From the IMG/VR virus record IMGVR_UViG_3300043251_000023, positions 9,544 to 73,543 of that record: a stretch of DNA of 64,000 nucleotides; one strand, 5' to 3'. A program made the position numbers and the translations under genes. The notes beneath the pieces were generated by a model, which was given only the letters and a program-made list of their open reading frames with translations, had not been told where the DNA came from and ran no database searches. The stretch's first letter is position 1. The number at the start of each line of letters is the position of its first letter. Source of the stretch: a virus. Shown here one piece after another: positions 1-8,395 of the stretch.

Positions 1-14
1 AGGTTAACCGTCAG

Positions 15-197
15 ATGGATGACTTAGACGAACTCGAAAAAATTGCGGCCCAAACCGATTGGCACCCTGGCCGATCAAAGGCGAATGGCGGCCCAAAACG
101 CGGCCGGGCGCCGAAGCCGAATGTGGGGAGCGCTCGGCAGCGTTTACGGCGAGCACAGGCGGCAAGCCTTTCGATGAAGCGTCGCAGAGAAAAGTAA
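15..197 (+). CDS. hypothetical basic protein
   Basis: ORF in the co-oriented small-gene array. Confidence 0.5.
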   Translation: MDDLDELEKIAAQTDWHPGRSKANGGPKRGRAPKPNVGSARQRLRRAQAASLSMKRRREK

Positions 198-235
198 CAA
201 CAAGTATGTCGCCAACTTAGAGGTAGGAGGACACC

Positions 236-532
236 GTGAAAGCCAATCAATACTGGACACCATATTGGTGCGGGACGCCGGACACGCTCGCCGATTACCT
301 CAACGAACAGCCGCTCGCGCGGCTAGGACCTTACCTGCCTCAAGCGGGAAGTCTCTGTCAGGACCGGAAGCCTTTCGACGATCCTGACCTTGTGACAGGG
401 CTATGCCAGCGGCACCTAGGAGACGCAACGCCGCCGTTCTTTCATCTGGAATACGACGCCGGCAAGGTGATCGGCATGAACAACATCGCCTGCGGTCTCG
501 CGCCTTACCTGCCGCCATACTCCGGGTGCTGA
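236..532 (+). CDS. hypothetical protein
   Basis: GTG start after AGGAGG SD. Confidence 0.7.
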   Translation: MKANQYWTPYWCGTPDTLADYLNEQPLARLGPYLPQAGSLCQDRKPFDDPDLVTGLCQRHLGDATPPFFHLEYDAGKVIGMNNIACGLAPYLPPYSGC

Positions 533-535
533 CCA

Positions 536-784
536 ATGAAAGAGCCAGCACAAGTCATCGCCGATGCAATCCGAACAAACCTGCATCAGCCTCACCGCGC
601 CAAGGAAGCCGCTCAGGCGGTGATTGGCGCGCTGGCGTCCGCAGGCTTCGCGATTATTCCGCGGCGCCCCGGTAGGAGCCGCCTGGTCGTAGAGCGCAAT
701 CCAGGACCGCGCCCTTTGATGACCAACGCAATAGCCGGCGACCAAGGACGGCGCGGCGTTTTTACAGATGAAGACGCCGAGTGA
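536..784 (+). CDS. hypothetical protein
   Basis: Starts 3 nt after the previous stop. Confidence 0.6.
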   Translation: MKEPAQVIADAIRTNLHQPHRAKEAAQAVIGALASAGFAIIPRRPGRSRLVVERNPGPRPLMTNAIAGDQGRRGVFTDEDAE

Positions 785-811
785 TACGGAATTAGCAGAA
801 AGGAAAAGAGC

Positions 812-1024
812 ATGACGATACAGGCAACTGAGGCGATAGATGTGGCACGCGCGCTGCACCGTCTCTCGTATCTCGAAATGATGGACCTCGCCGAATCTCT
901 CTGCGGCACCATCAGGCAGCGAGAAGAAGATGGCGAGAAACCAGACTGCACCGACCGAGACACTATGGCCGATATTCTCAGGTGGTGGGCCGAGTGCCGC
1001 ATCGACGCCGTGGAGAGTGAGTAA
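812..1024 (+). CDS. hypothetical protein
   Basis: ATG after purine-rich leader; TAATG overlap with next gene. Confidence 0.7.
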   Translation: MTIQATEAIDVARALHRLSYLEMMDLAESLCGTIRQREEDGEKPDCTDRDTMADILRWWAECRIDAVESE

Positions 1025-1236
1025 TGAAGATCACCATCGATAAGAACATTCCACGGCCGAATTTTGGCTACGAACTACCATTTGGACAGATGGAGATTGG
1101 CGATTCGTTCCTACTGCCCAAGGGTGTCTCGCAAGCCTACGCAAGACAGCTCATTGCCCGATTTCAAAAGGGCAAAACAACACGATTCTCGTTGCTCAAA
1201 GTCGATGATGGTTATCGTTGCTGGCGCGTCGCGTAA
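1024..1236 (+). CDS. small phage DNA-binding-like protein (YxLPFxxMExGDSF...CWRV family)
   Basis: Recurrent phage motif LPFGQMEIGDSF ... GYRCWRVA. Confidence 0.7.
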   Translation: MKITIDKNIPRPNFGYELPFGQMEIGDSFLLPKGVSQAYARQLIARFQKGKTTRFSLLKVDDGYRCWRVA

Positions 1237-1282
1237 AACGCCGACTTATGACAGATTAGCGTCCAACTTTTCGGAACATAAA

Positions 1283-1573
1283 ATGGGAAATGTGATCCAC
1301 AAAACTGTGCCGATCCAAGTGTGGGCCGAGGTTGATGAAGGCATCGCCGACATGGTGCGCTATCTCAACACCATCCCAGGCGTCCGCACACATTCAAGCT
1401 GCCAGGGCACGATTGGTGAAGGCGGTCCCGAACCTTATCCGCCCTATGTCATGGTGACCTGGGATTCGGATGAAACACTCGCGCGGCTAAAAGCCGAGTT
1501 TGACATGAGCGACTGCGACGGCGAATGCGAAGGCCAATACGGCTGTGCTTCCCCTCGCACATCAACGAATTGA
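1283..1573 (+). CDS. TYW3-like (tRNA-wybutosine methyltransferase-like) small protein
   Basis: VDEGIADMVRYLNTIPGVRTHSSCQG resembles the D..I..L..LN....T.SSC.G motif of TYW3. Confidence 0.55.
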   Translation: MGNVIHKTVPIQVWAEVDEGIADMVRYLNTIPGVRTHSSCQGTIGEGGPEPYPPYVMVTWDSDETLARLKAEFDMSDCDGECEGQYGCASPRTSTN

Positions 1574-1579
1574 GGATTT

Positions 1580-1691
1580 GGGGATGAGTCCCGGACTGGT
1601 GAAAAATGACAGGCGGACCAGGAACGTGCGCGACGCCTCGCGCCAGCCGTCATTCGTAGTCGCTGGCTCCGTAACCCAGCCATCCCCGCCA
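1580..1691 (+). ncRNA. candidate tRNA-like structured RNA ending in GCCA
   Basis: 7-bp GGGGATG/CATCCCC stem followed by GCCA; adjacent 5-bp GCTGG/CCAGC arm; internal AATGAC/GTCATT and GCGCGA/TCGCGC stems. Confidence 0.5.
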
Positions 1692-1796
1692 GAAAAGAGA
1701 TCGCCGGCCACGAGGCCGGCGTCCCAGGTAACTCCTACAGCGTCCCGTAGGAAGCGGACACCCGTCGTCCGGGGCCGTATGTGGTGAGAACATAGC

Positions 1797-2054
1797 ATGA
1801 CGCCCGCCACCCTGCAACTCAGAGAAATGGCCCGTGCGATCCGGGAGGATCGGATTTCTAGAGGACTGTCCGTTGACAAATACTACGATCAGGTTCTTGG
1901 CCCTTATTTGGACGGACTTCAAGATCGAAGCGGCGGCAGATGTTCGGCAATGACCTACTACGACGGCAGACCGTTTCGGCAATGCCTCAGAGCGGTGAAA
2001 TCTGCCGGACTTTGCTACCAGCATCTGATGCTTCGACGTGAGGTTGACGGCTAA
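1797..2054 (+). CDS. hypothetical protein (C-x13-C-x8-C-x2-H putative Zn finger)
   Basis: RCSAM...QCLRAVKSAGLCYQH. Confidence 0.65.
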   Translation: MTPATLQLREMARAIREDRISRGLSVDKYYDQVLGPYLDGLQDRSGGRCSAMTYYDGRPFRQCLRAVKSAGLCYQHLMLRREVDG

Positions 2055-2080
2055 CTTCTGCATAGCATGGGATTTTTTAA

Positions 2081-2566
2081 ATGGACGCGCTGGACCACAA
2101 TGCCTTCGCTACTAGCCTTGCGGACTATCTCAAAACCGCAGGCCCGCGACGACGGCTCACTTGGGAGAACATCACGTTCAACTGCGGTGACGGCGCGGAT
2201 GCCTATAGCTGTCGCCCTGACGTGTTTTCTATCGTGCCGGCGCTCGATCCTCAGCACACCCGGCCATGGACATGCGAGGTCAAGGTCTCGCGTGCTGATT
2301 TTCTCTCCGATGTGCGATCTGAAAAGTGGAAACGCTACCGGCGCTTTTCTTGTCGCATCTGGTTTGCCGCTCCGGAACAGATGATACGCCCAAACGAATT
2401 GCCGGAAGGCGTCGGGCTTCTAGAATTTCGCAAGCCGGAATGGGTGCCGGTAGTGCGCCCAAAATTCTGCAAGGGCTGGGAGTTGTCAGGCCGCGATCTA
2501 ATGCGCCTGATCCTAGGCAAGTGGGGCACCTACGCCGACCGTCTTGAAATGGAAAAGGCCGCCTGA
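2081..2566 (+). CDS. MmcB-family PD-(D/E)xK nuclease
   Basis: RPDV...CEVKVSRADFLSD...KWKRY...WFAAP...ELPEGVGL. Confidence 0.85.
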   Translation: MDALDHNAFATSLADYLKTAGPRRRLTWENITFNCGDGADAYSCRPDVFSIVPALDPQHTRPWTCEVKVSRADFLSDVRSEKWKRYRRFSCRIWFAAPEQMIRPNELPEGVGLLEFRKPEWVPVVRPKFCKGWELSGRDLMRLILGKWGTYADRLEMEKAA

Positions 2567-2596
2567 CAATCGGCGACATACTGAGGTTTAGCATGG

Positions 2597-2637
2597 ACCT
2601 AGGCCCACTTGACACCTAGGCCCGAATATGCAATACT
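2597..2637 (+). promoter_or_regulatory. sigma70-type promoter with tandem operator repeats
   Basis: TTGACA (2609-2614), 17 nt, AATACT (2632-2637); ACCTAGGCCC repeated at 2597 and 2614. Confidence 0.65.
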
Positions 2638-2680
2638 CCATAAATCGGAAGGGCAATCCTGCCCGCTGATGGAGAGACAG

Positions 2681-3058
2681 ATGGAACGGTCAACAGCAAT
2701 TAAGAGGCTCGGCAAACTCCTTGGTAAAAACTTTGGCTATCGCATCAATGACAAGGCACCCACACAAGAAGAGCGCGCCGCAGCGAAAGAAGCACTCAAA
2801 CCGGCTTGCGCGGAACGGGATGCTCTAAAGGAAAAGCGCGACGAACGACATCGAGCAATCCTAGCGGCAGACGCGGAGTACCAAAATCTTCACGCCCAGC
2901 ACAGAGCGGCAACCGAGCGCGTGGATAAGCTCGGGTCTGTAACTCGCCACTACAAAATTACGGTCGGCGTCTCGACAAGCATTTTCTTCCGCATCATGGC
3001 CGAAGGCGATTCGTGGGAGGAAGTCATTGCCGTTCTGACGAAGGAAAGGGCCACCTAA
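2681..3058 (+). CDS. hypothetical protein
   Basis: ATG after GGAGAG; downstream of the promoter. Confidence 0.75.
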   Translation: MERSTAIKRLGKLLGKNFGYRINDKAPTQEERAAAKEALKPACAERDALKEKRDERHRAILAADAEYQNLHAQHRAATERVDKLGSVTRHYKITVGVSTSIFFRIMAEGDSWEEVIAVLTKERAT

Positions 3059-3262
3059 ATGTCCCCTGCTCAATTTCGTTCCGCACTCGACCGCCTCAAA
3101 CTCAGTCAGCTTGGGGCGGGTCGGCTGTTCGGCGCGGAAAGCGAGCGCACCCCGCGCCGGTGGGCATCGGGCGAACGGGCGGTTCCTAAGTCGGTTGCCA
3201 TCCTGCTTCGCCTCATGCTCGCCGGCAAAGTCACAACGAAAGATATTGAGTCCGTACAATGA
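3059..3262 (+). CDS. XRE/Cro-like HTH transcriptional regulator
   Basis: MSPAQFRSALDRLKLSQLGAGRLFG...TPRRWASGERAVP. Confidence 0.85.
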   Translation: MSPAQFRSALDRLKLSQLGAGRLFGAESERTPRRWASGERAVPKSVAILLRLMLAGKVTTKDIESVQ

Positions 3263-3347
3263 ACCTCTCCGCTTTGATGGAATCCTACCGCACCGACCCG
3301 GTGTCGAACTTCGCCAAGCTCGAATACTGCACGCGGCGGGTGATGCC

Positions 3348-3548
3348 ATGAACCTCCCCGCCGACAAAATCCCAACCGACGCCACGGCATTCAAGAAATG
3401 GGCCGATGCCGCCTGCACTGATTGGCCTGGCGGACTGCAAGTCCTCGCCTATCGCGCTTGGCAATGGCTGGACGGGATGAAGTTTAGGACAGCCGCAGAC
3501 CATGAGGCGTTTATGACTAGGTACAAGCAACACATCGGGCAATCGTGA
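3348..3548 (+). CDS. hypothetical protein
   Basis: In-frame ATG inside ORF 3111..3548. Confidence 0.55.
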   Translation: MNLPADKIPTDATAFKKWADAACTDWPGGLQVLAYRAWQWLDGMKFRTAADHEAFMTRYKQHIGQS

Positions 3549-3560
3549 AGGATCACCGCC

Positions 3561-3722
3561 ATGGACAGCGAAGATGCGGTTGAGAGAGACTTCAAATCTG
3601 GCGGTCTGAGTTACATCGACGCAATCGAGCGGCTTCAAGGGTTAGGTGTCGAACCTCACAAGGCAGAAATGAAAGTATGCCAATGGGATGACGACAACGA
3701 AGCTGAGAAAGTAGGACCCTAA
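3561..3722 (+). CDS. hypothetical acidic protein (53 aa, below ORF-track cutoff)
   Basis: AAGGA SD; MDSEDAVERDFKSGG...EKVGP*. Confidence 0.6.
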   Translation: MDSEDAVERDFKSGGLSYIDAIERLQGLGVEPHKAEMKVCQWDDDNEAEKVGP

Positions 3723-3734
3723 ATGGATTGGAAC

Positions 3735-3870
3735 ATGAACTATCTGGGGCGCAGGTCCACTAGGCCAACCAAAAGGAGCGGAGCCGACAAGGGCGGCAAC
3801 TTCCGCAAAGGCCAACAGCAGAGGTGTCCCGGTTCGATCCCGAGCGCGGCCTGCGTCTCAGATAGTTCAT
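3735..3870 (+). ncRNA. candidate structured RNA: 23-bp closing stem around a T-loop-like hairpin
   Basis: 3735-3757 pairs with 3848-3870; all three non-Watson-Crick positions are G-U on the + strand; GGTTCGATCC at 3831-3840. Confidence 0.65.
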
Positions 3871-4183
3871 ACCGCGCCAGCCGGGAGAACACCCATACCG
3901 TGCAGCGGATGCGGATGGAAAAGAGCAGCGAGAAGGTGGCGTGATATGTACGAGCTTTGCTTGCCCGACTGGCCAGTTGGCCCTCAAATAAACCAAGCAT
4001 GTTGCACAGAAGCGGGACTATGTGCAGCCCGAGCCTCGGACGGTAGCATCAGGTCACGGCGGCAGGCCAGTGAGGATACCGAGGACGACGGCGGTCTTGT
4101 TGGAAGTGACCTTCTCGACCGTTCGTTAGCCGCCAACTTTTACCGACTGCTGCGTCGTTACTCGCCAACTTCACGAGGATGAA

Positions 4184-4789
4184 ATGATCGCCGCGCTCTT
4201 TGTCGAAACCAACGGATGCTACTTCGGCTTGCCGAACGTGGACCCGTGGGACGAGCAGAGAGACGCGCGGCACTACGCCGGCCCGCATCGCGTAGTTGCG
4301 CATCCCCCGTGCGAGCGCTGGGGACGCTATTGGGGCGGCGGCCCTAGCGCCAAGGTCAAGCGCATCAAGGGAAGCGACGGCGGCTGCTTTGGCGCAGCGC
4401 TCGCGTCTGTGCGTCGCTGGGGCGGCATCCTAGAGCATCCCGAAGCAAGCCATGCTTGGAGCCATTTTGGCCTGAATAAACCACCTCGTAAGGGCGGCTG
4501 GGTTGTTGCCGACTTCTGCGGCGGATGGACCTGCTGCGTTGAACAGGGGCACTACGGGCATCGAGCTCGCAAGGCAACATGGCTTTATGCAAATGGCATC
4601 GAATTGCCGTCGCTGCGCTGGGGATCGTGTGGACCGAAGGCGCGTCTAGATGGCGGCTGGCACCATGGCGATACCGAGCGATATGCCGGCCCGCGTTTAA
4701 AGGCCAACGAAACTGCCGCGACGCCAATCGAGTTTCGCGACTTGTTGCTTTCGATGGTTGCGCCGCTCGCAATGGCAAGAGCAGGCTAA
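4184..4789 (+). CDS. minimal C5-cytosine DNA methyltransferase-like protein
   Basis: VAHPPC catalytic-like motif, LEHP, and QGHYGHRARKATWLY. Confidence 0.65.
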   Translation: MIAALFVETNGCYFGLPNVDPWDEQRDARHYAGPHRVVAHPPCERWGRYWGGGPSAKVKRIKGSDGGCFGAALASVRRWGGILEHPEASHAWSHFGLNKPPRKGGWVVADFCGGWTCCVEQGHYGHRARKATWLYANGIELPSLRWGSCGPKARLDGGWHHGDTERYAGPRLKANETAATPIEFRDLLLSMVAPLAMARAG

Positions 4790-4807
4790 CACGGGGTTAA
4801 CAGGCAC

Positions 4808-5086
4808 ATGACCGACATCCGACCACCCAATTACATTCCGACGCTCGATGAGGCGGTGCGCTACATTCGCAGCAATCCGGCTGTAGCATGGGAGATTTTG
4901 CGCGAGCAAATAGGTCTAGCCACAGAGGCCGAAGCCGTTTCCGATGGCCGCCTTCGTGAATTGTGGAAGCTCAACGGCGGCGCGGTTGGCAAAGGAAACC
5001 GCGCATGGATTGAGGTTGACCTGCTCCCGCGCCTTCTGCGCGAGGTTGTAAGCGCCGTCGTCCGGGCGGCAAGGCATGAGATTTAG
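4808..5086 (+). CDS. hypothetical protein
   Basis: Array ORF. Confidence 0.65.
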   Translation: MTDIRPPNYIPTLDEAVRYIRSNPAVAWEILREQIGLATEAEAVSDGRLRELWKLNGGAVGKGNRAWIEVDLLPRLLREVVSAVVRAARHEI

Positions 5087-5105
5087 GCACAGTAAGGACG
5101 CTAGC

Positions 5106-5330
5106 ATGGAAAAGAAACCCCACAAAGTTATGACCCGCGAAGAATACGCGGCAATGCCAATCCTCGGCTGGCATGAAGTCTGCCGCGACGTGGATGGATT
5201 TGGGGGTATAGGCGTTCGTTTCTTAGAACAAAAACGGTCGCGCGGCGGCTCCAAGGTTTCGATTATCGGCAAAGGATGGTCGACTCGCAGGCGTTCAAAA
5301 TATTTGCAGCCCGTAAAATCACGGGGTTAA
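5106..5330 (+). CDS. hypothetical protein
   Basis: ATG after AAGGA. Confidence 0.6.
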   Translation: MEKKPHKVMTREEYAAMPILGWHEVCRDVDGFGGIGVRFLEQKRSRGGSKVSIIGKGWSTRRRSKYLQPVKSRG

Positions 5331-5335
5331 CGCTT

Positions 5336-5524
5336 ATGCGCTGCAAGATTGACGGTTGGCTTAACAATGACAACTGCACCGTCGCGTGCGAGTGCCACCT
5401 TGACCCACGCAACAATGGTCGGCAGGCAGGCCCCCTGATGGTCCGACACATCATCGACGGCCACGAGGTTCTGTTGCCGGCAGACGCGCAATTCGACCGC
5501 GATGATCTTGGCGGCACGTATTGA
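5336..5524 (+). CDS. hypothetical protein
   Basis: Array ORF. Confidence 0.55.
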   Translation: MRCKIDGWLNNDNCTVACECHLDPRNNGRQAGPLMVRHIIDGHEVLLPADAQFDRDDLGGTY

Positions 5525-6339
5525 AAACAGGCACAGTCAGGACGTTAATGCCCAGAATCGAGACCATAGGCGCCGCGACACTCTATCTCGGAGACTGCGG
5601 CGAGATATTGCCGACGCTCGACGGTATAGACATCGCCGTCACTAGCCCGCCCTACAATCTCGGCAGCGCGCCTTGGGCTCACCTGGGGCACTGGAAGCCC
5701 GGCAATGCGGCCGGCGCAGGGGGACGAGCAAAATGGAAATCGGGCGCCAGCAGCGACGGCGTCGCCTACGGCGAGCATGACGACACAATCCCATGGGCGG
5801 AATACGTCGCATGGCAGCAATCCATCGTGTCTCTGATCTGGGATGCGCTTGCCGATAACGGCGCGCTGTTTTTCAACCACAAGCCTCGCGTGATAGGCAC
5901 GAAACTGTGGACCCCTTTAGAGCTGATCCTGCCGCCGGCGGAGTTGCGCCAGATCATAGTGTGGTCGCGGCCGGGAGGAATGAACTACAGCCCAGCCTCG
6001 TTCGTACCCACGCATGAATGGATTTTATTGCTGGCAAAGCCTGCATTCCGCCTCAAGTCGAAGGGCGTTTCAGGCCTCGGCGACGTGTGGCCCATGCGCC
6101 CGGAAAAGAACGAGCATCCGGCGCCGTTCCCGATCGATCTTCCGGCGCGCGTGCTCGAAGCAACCGCGGGTAAGACCGTCCTTGATCCGTTCATGGGTTC
6201 TGGCACGACGGGCGTTGCCTGCGCCCGCACCGGCCGAAGGTTTATCGGCATCGAGAAAGACCGCCGCTGGTTTGATCTTGCCTGCGAGCGAATTGATCTG
6301 GCGTCACGTCAGCCCGACATGATTGCTGAAAACAGGCAC
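5522..6339 (+). repeat. 13-bp direct repeat TGAAAACAGGCAC flanking the methyltransferase
   Basis: Exact copies at 5522-5534 and 6327-6339. Confidence 0.85.
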
Positions 6340-6342
6340 TAA
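5548..6342 (+). CDS. N4-C/N6-A DNA methyltransferase (beta class)
   Basis: TSPPYN catalytic motif, HPAPFP, then VLDPFMGSGTTG SAM-binding motif. Confidence 0.92.
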   Translation: MPRIETIGAATLYLGDCGEILPTLDGIDIAVTSPPYNLGSAPWAHLGHWKPGNAAGAGGRAKWKSGASSDGVAYGEHDDTIPWAEYVAWQQSIVSLIWDALADNGALFFNHKPRVIGTKLWTPLELILPPAELRQIIVWSRPGGMNYSPASFVPTHEWILLLAKPAFRLKSKGVSGLGDVWPMRPEKNEHPAPFPIDLPARVLEATAGKTVLDPFMGSGTTGVACARTGRRFIGIEKDRRWFDLACERIDLASRQPDMIAENRH

Positions 6343-6348
6343 CCGCCG

Positions 6349-6489
6349 ATGCAGCGAGATTTGAAATGGCACTTCTGGAAGTTCGTGCACAACGCTCTAA
6401 TCCACCCGTGGCTTGCGCTACCGTGGGAACCGCGGTGGGCACAACGAGCGCACGACTGGACCGCGAAGCGGTGTGAAGGCGGCGGTTAA
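6349..6489 (+). CDS. small Trp/His-rich protein (46 aa)
   Basis: MQRDLKWHFWKFVHNALIHPWLA...AHDWTA; flanked by TAACCGCCGA repeats. Confidence 0.65.
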   Translation: MQRDLKWHFWKFVHNALIHPWLALPWEPRWAQRAHDWTAKRCEGGG

Positions 6490-6517
6490 CCGCCGAACAG
6501 CATGGAGACCAAATAAA

Positions 6518-6808
6518 ATGGCGCTCAGCAAGCGAGATAAAGCCAACGCCGCTCAACTCAGGCTATTGGTTTCGATGGTCGCTGACATCAAGGCACTCGT
6601 GGTTGCCAAAAAGCCACTGCCGGAAATCAGTCTCAAGGTAGTGCCGGAATGGTGTCGCAACAACCCAGGACGGGCGGCAAAGACCATCACGCTATTGCGC
6701 GACGCGCTTATGAGAACCATCGGGCACTGTGACCGAGCAAAGCATAAGGACAGCAAATATCGCGATGAGCGTGATGCCATTGTGGATGCCCTTGGTGGCC
6801 CGCGCTGA
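6518..6808 (+). CDS. hypothetical protein
   Basis: ATG after GGAG. Confidence 0.65.
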   Translation: MALSKRDKANAAQLRLLVSMVADIKALVVAKKPLPEISLKVVPEWCRNNPGRAAKTITLLRDALMRTIGHCDRAKHKDSKYRDERDAIVDALGGPR

Positions 6809-6849
6809 GAAAAACAGACACATACCCGTCCAAAGCAGGGAGATTGAAA

Positions 6850-7221
6850 ATGCCGCGGAATATCTCTTTCGCCATGACGACCGAGCAGGTCCGCAAGCGC
6901 ACCAAGACAGTGACTCGGCGCATGGGCTGGAAAAACCTTAGGCAGGGCGAAGTCCTCACGGCTGTCGTCAAGTGCCAGGGCCTCAAGAAGGGTGAGAGGG
7001 TCGAGACATTGGCGACGATCCGAGTGAAGGACGCGCGCCGGGAATTTCTCGACCGCATGGAGGCCGATCCGGTCTACGGCTTGCAGGAGTGCGCTCGCGA
7101 AGGTTTCGATTTTTCTCATCCGATGGGTACGCCAGCCAGTTTCATCGACGGTTTCTGCGCATCACATAAGGGCTGCAGGTCGGACAGCATAGTGACGCGG
7201 ATCGAATTCGAATACGTCTAG
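6850..7221 (+). CDS. ASCH/PUA-like domain protein
   Basis: ISFAMTTEQVRKRTKTVTRRMGW...CAREGF...VTRIEFEY. Confidence 0.8.
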   Translation: MPRNISFAMTTEQVRKRTKTVTRRMGWKNLRQGEVLTAVVKCQGLKKGERVETLATIRVKDARREFLDRMEADPVYGLQECAREGFDFSHPMGTPASFIDGFCASHKGCRSDSIVTRIEFEYV

Positions 7222-7248
7222 CGACATATCAGTAGCAGGGAGATTAAA

Positions 7249-7449
7249 ATGACGGATGCCGAACTTTCGGAGTTGAGATACGCAGAACGCAACCACGGTA
7301 GAAATTTTGTGACTGCACTCGAAAACGAACCGCACAACATCATTATCAACAGCCTTACCGAACGCGGCTTCTTTCGTGACGGCGGCCCATCGGCATCTGG
7401 CCGCTGGCGTGAACTCACACCGCTCGGACGTTCGGCACTTGGCCGTTAA
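7249..7449 (+). CDS. hypothetical protein (wHTH-like, ELTPLGR)
   Basis: GGGAG SD; C-terminal wing motif. Confidence 0.65.
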   Translation: MTDAELSELRYAERNHGRNFVTALENEPHNIIINSLTERGFFRDGGPSASGRWRELTPLGRSALGR

Positions 7450-7465
7450 TCAGTAGTTTTCCGCC

Positions 7466-7930
7466 ATGACCGACTGGCAGATCAGATCGATGGAATTGGG
7501 GGATGTTCCGGCTGCGATCGCGGTTGGTCAAATGTCATATGGAGACGAAGTTGTTCCGCTATTCAACACCAACATCGAGAGTGACTTGCTGGATGCCTTC
7601 TCTACCGCGGCCAAGCGCCCGACCTATTTTGTTGCGGAACATGACGGGGCGCCAATTGGCTTTGCCGGATGGTGCAGGAGTTACCTGACATGGAAGGTTG
7701 CCGTTTTTAGTTACTGCCACATTCTTCCTACATGGCAGCGTCTAGGCTTAGGGCGGGCGTTCGTCGAAACTCGTCTAATGGACATTCACAATCGCGCCCC
7801 GGAAATCACAATGATACTCGTCAATACATGGGCTACAGACATCTATAGACGCTACGGCTTTAAGTCTCTCGTTTTCGACGACGAGGCGTTCGACGAGGGG
7901 CACTTGATGAAGATGATGTTGGCGCAATAA
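7466..7930 (+). CDS. GNAT-family acetyltransferase
   Basis: ILPTWQRLGLGRAF acetyl-CoA motif; IYRRYGF. Confidence 0.85.
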   Translation: MTDWQIRSMELGDVPAAIAVGQMSYGDEVVPLFNTNIESDLLDAFSTAAKRPTYFVAEHDGAPIGFAGWCRSYLTWKVAVFSYCHILPTWQRLGLGRAFVETRLMDIHNRAPEITMILVNTWATDIYRRYGFKSLVFDDEAFDEGHLMKMMLAQ

Positions 7931-7953
7931 CATCACATAAGCAGGCAGACGCC

Positions 7954-8193
7954 ATGAACGATCTTACCGACGAATGGAAAATCCCGGAGCAGCATCCCAT
8001 TTTCAAGATCGGGCCGCTGTCCTACTACTGGCTTTGGATTAATGAAGGGACCGAACACCAGCACAGAGGCTTTGTGCTCAACTGGCACACGCGCAAGCGA
8101 ATGATCTACTTGACCGACTGGACATGGTGGCGACCGTTCAAACTATTTCCCCTCGCCATGATTGCGAGCCTCGACATAACGAACAGGCGCTAA
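7954..8193 (+). CDS. hypothetical protein
   Basis: Array ORF. Confidence 0.6.
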   Translation: MNDLTDEWKIPEQHPIFKIGPLSYYWLWINEGTEHQHRGFVLNWHTRKRMIYLTDWTWWRPFKLFPLAMIASLDITNRR

Positions 8194-8216
8194 ACCCCCA
8201 ACAGCAGGCAACTCCA

Positions 8217-8393
8217 ATGGCAACGCCAAATGTAACGATGGAAACAAGGGCTGCCGCCGAAGCGGTCTATTTTTTGTGGCAGACGTTTTCGCCCAGCGAC
8301 GCCCCGCGGTCGCTTCAACAATGGGTCGATGCGCTAGAGAAAAAATGGCCCGATCTTTCCGCATCGCTTTTCACCGCAGCTCGGGACGAGTAA
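8217..8393 (+). CDS. hypothetical protein
   Basis: Array ORF. Confidence 0.55.
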   Translation: MATPNVTMETRAAAEAVYFLWQTFSPSDAPRSLQQWVDALEKKWPDLSASLFTAARDE

Positions 8394-8395
8394 CG

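Noticed and set aside
3826-3845. Canonical tRNA gene suggested by GGTTCGATCC
   Set aside because: No D-arm/anticodon-arm spacing, no 7-bp acceptor with CCA; kept only as part of a non-canonical RNA.
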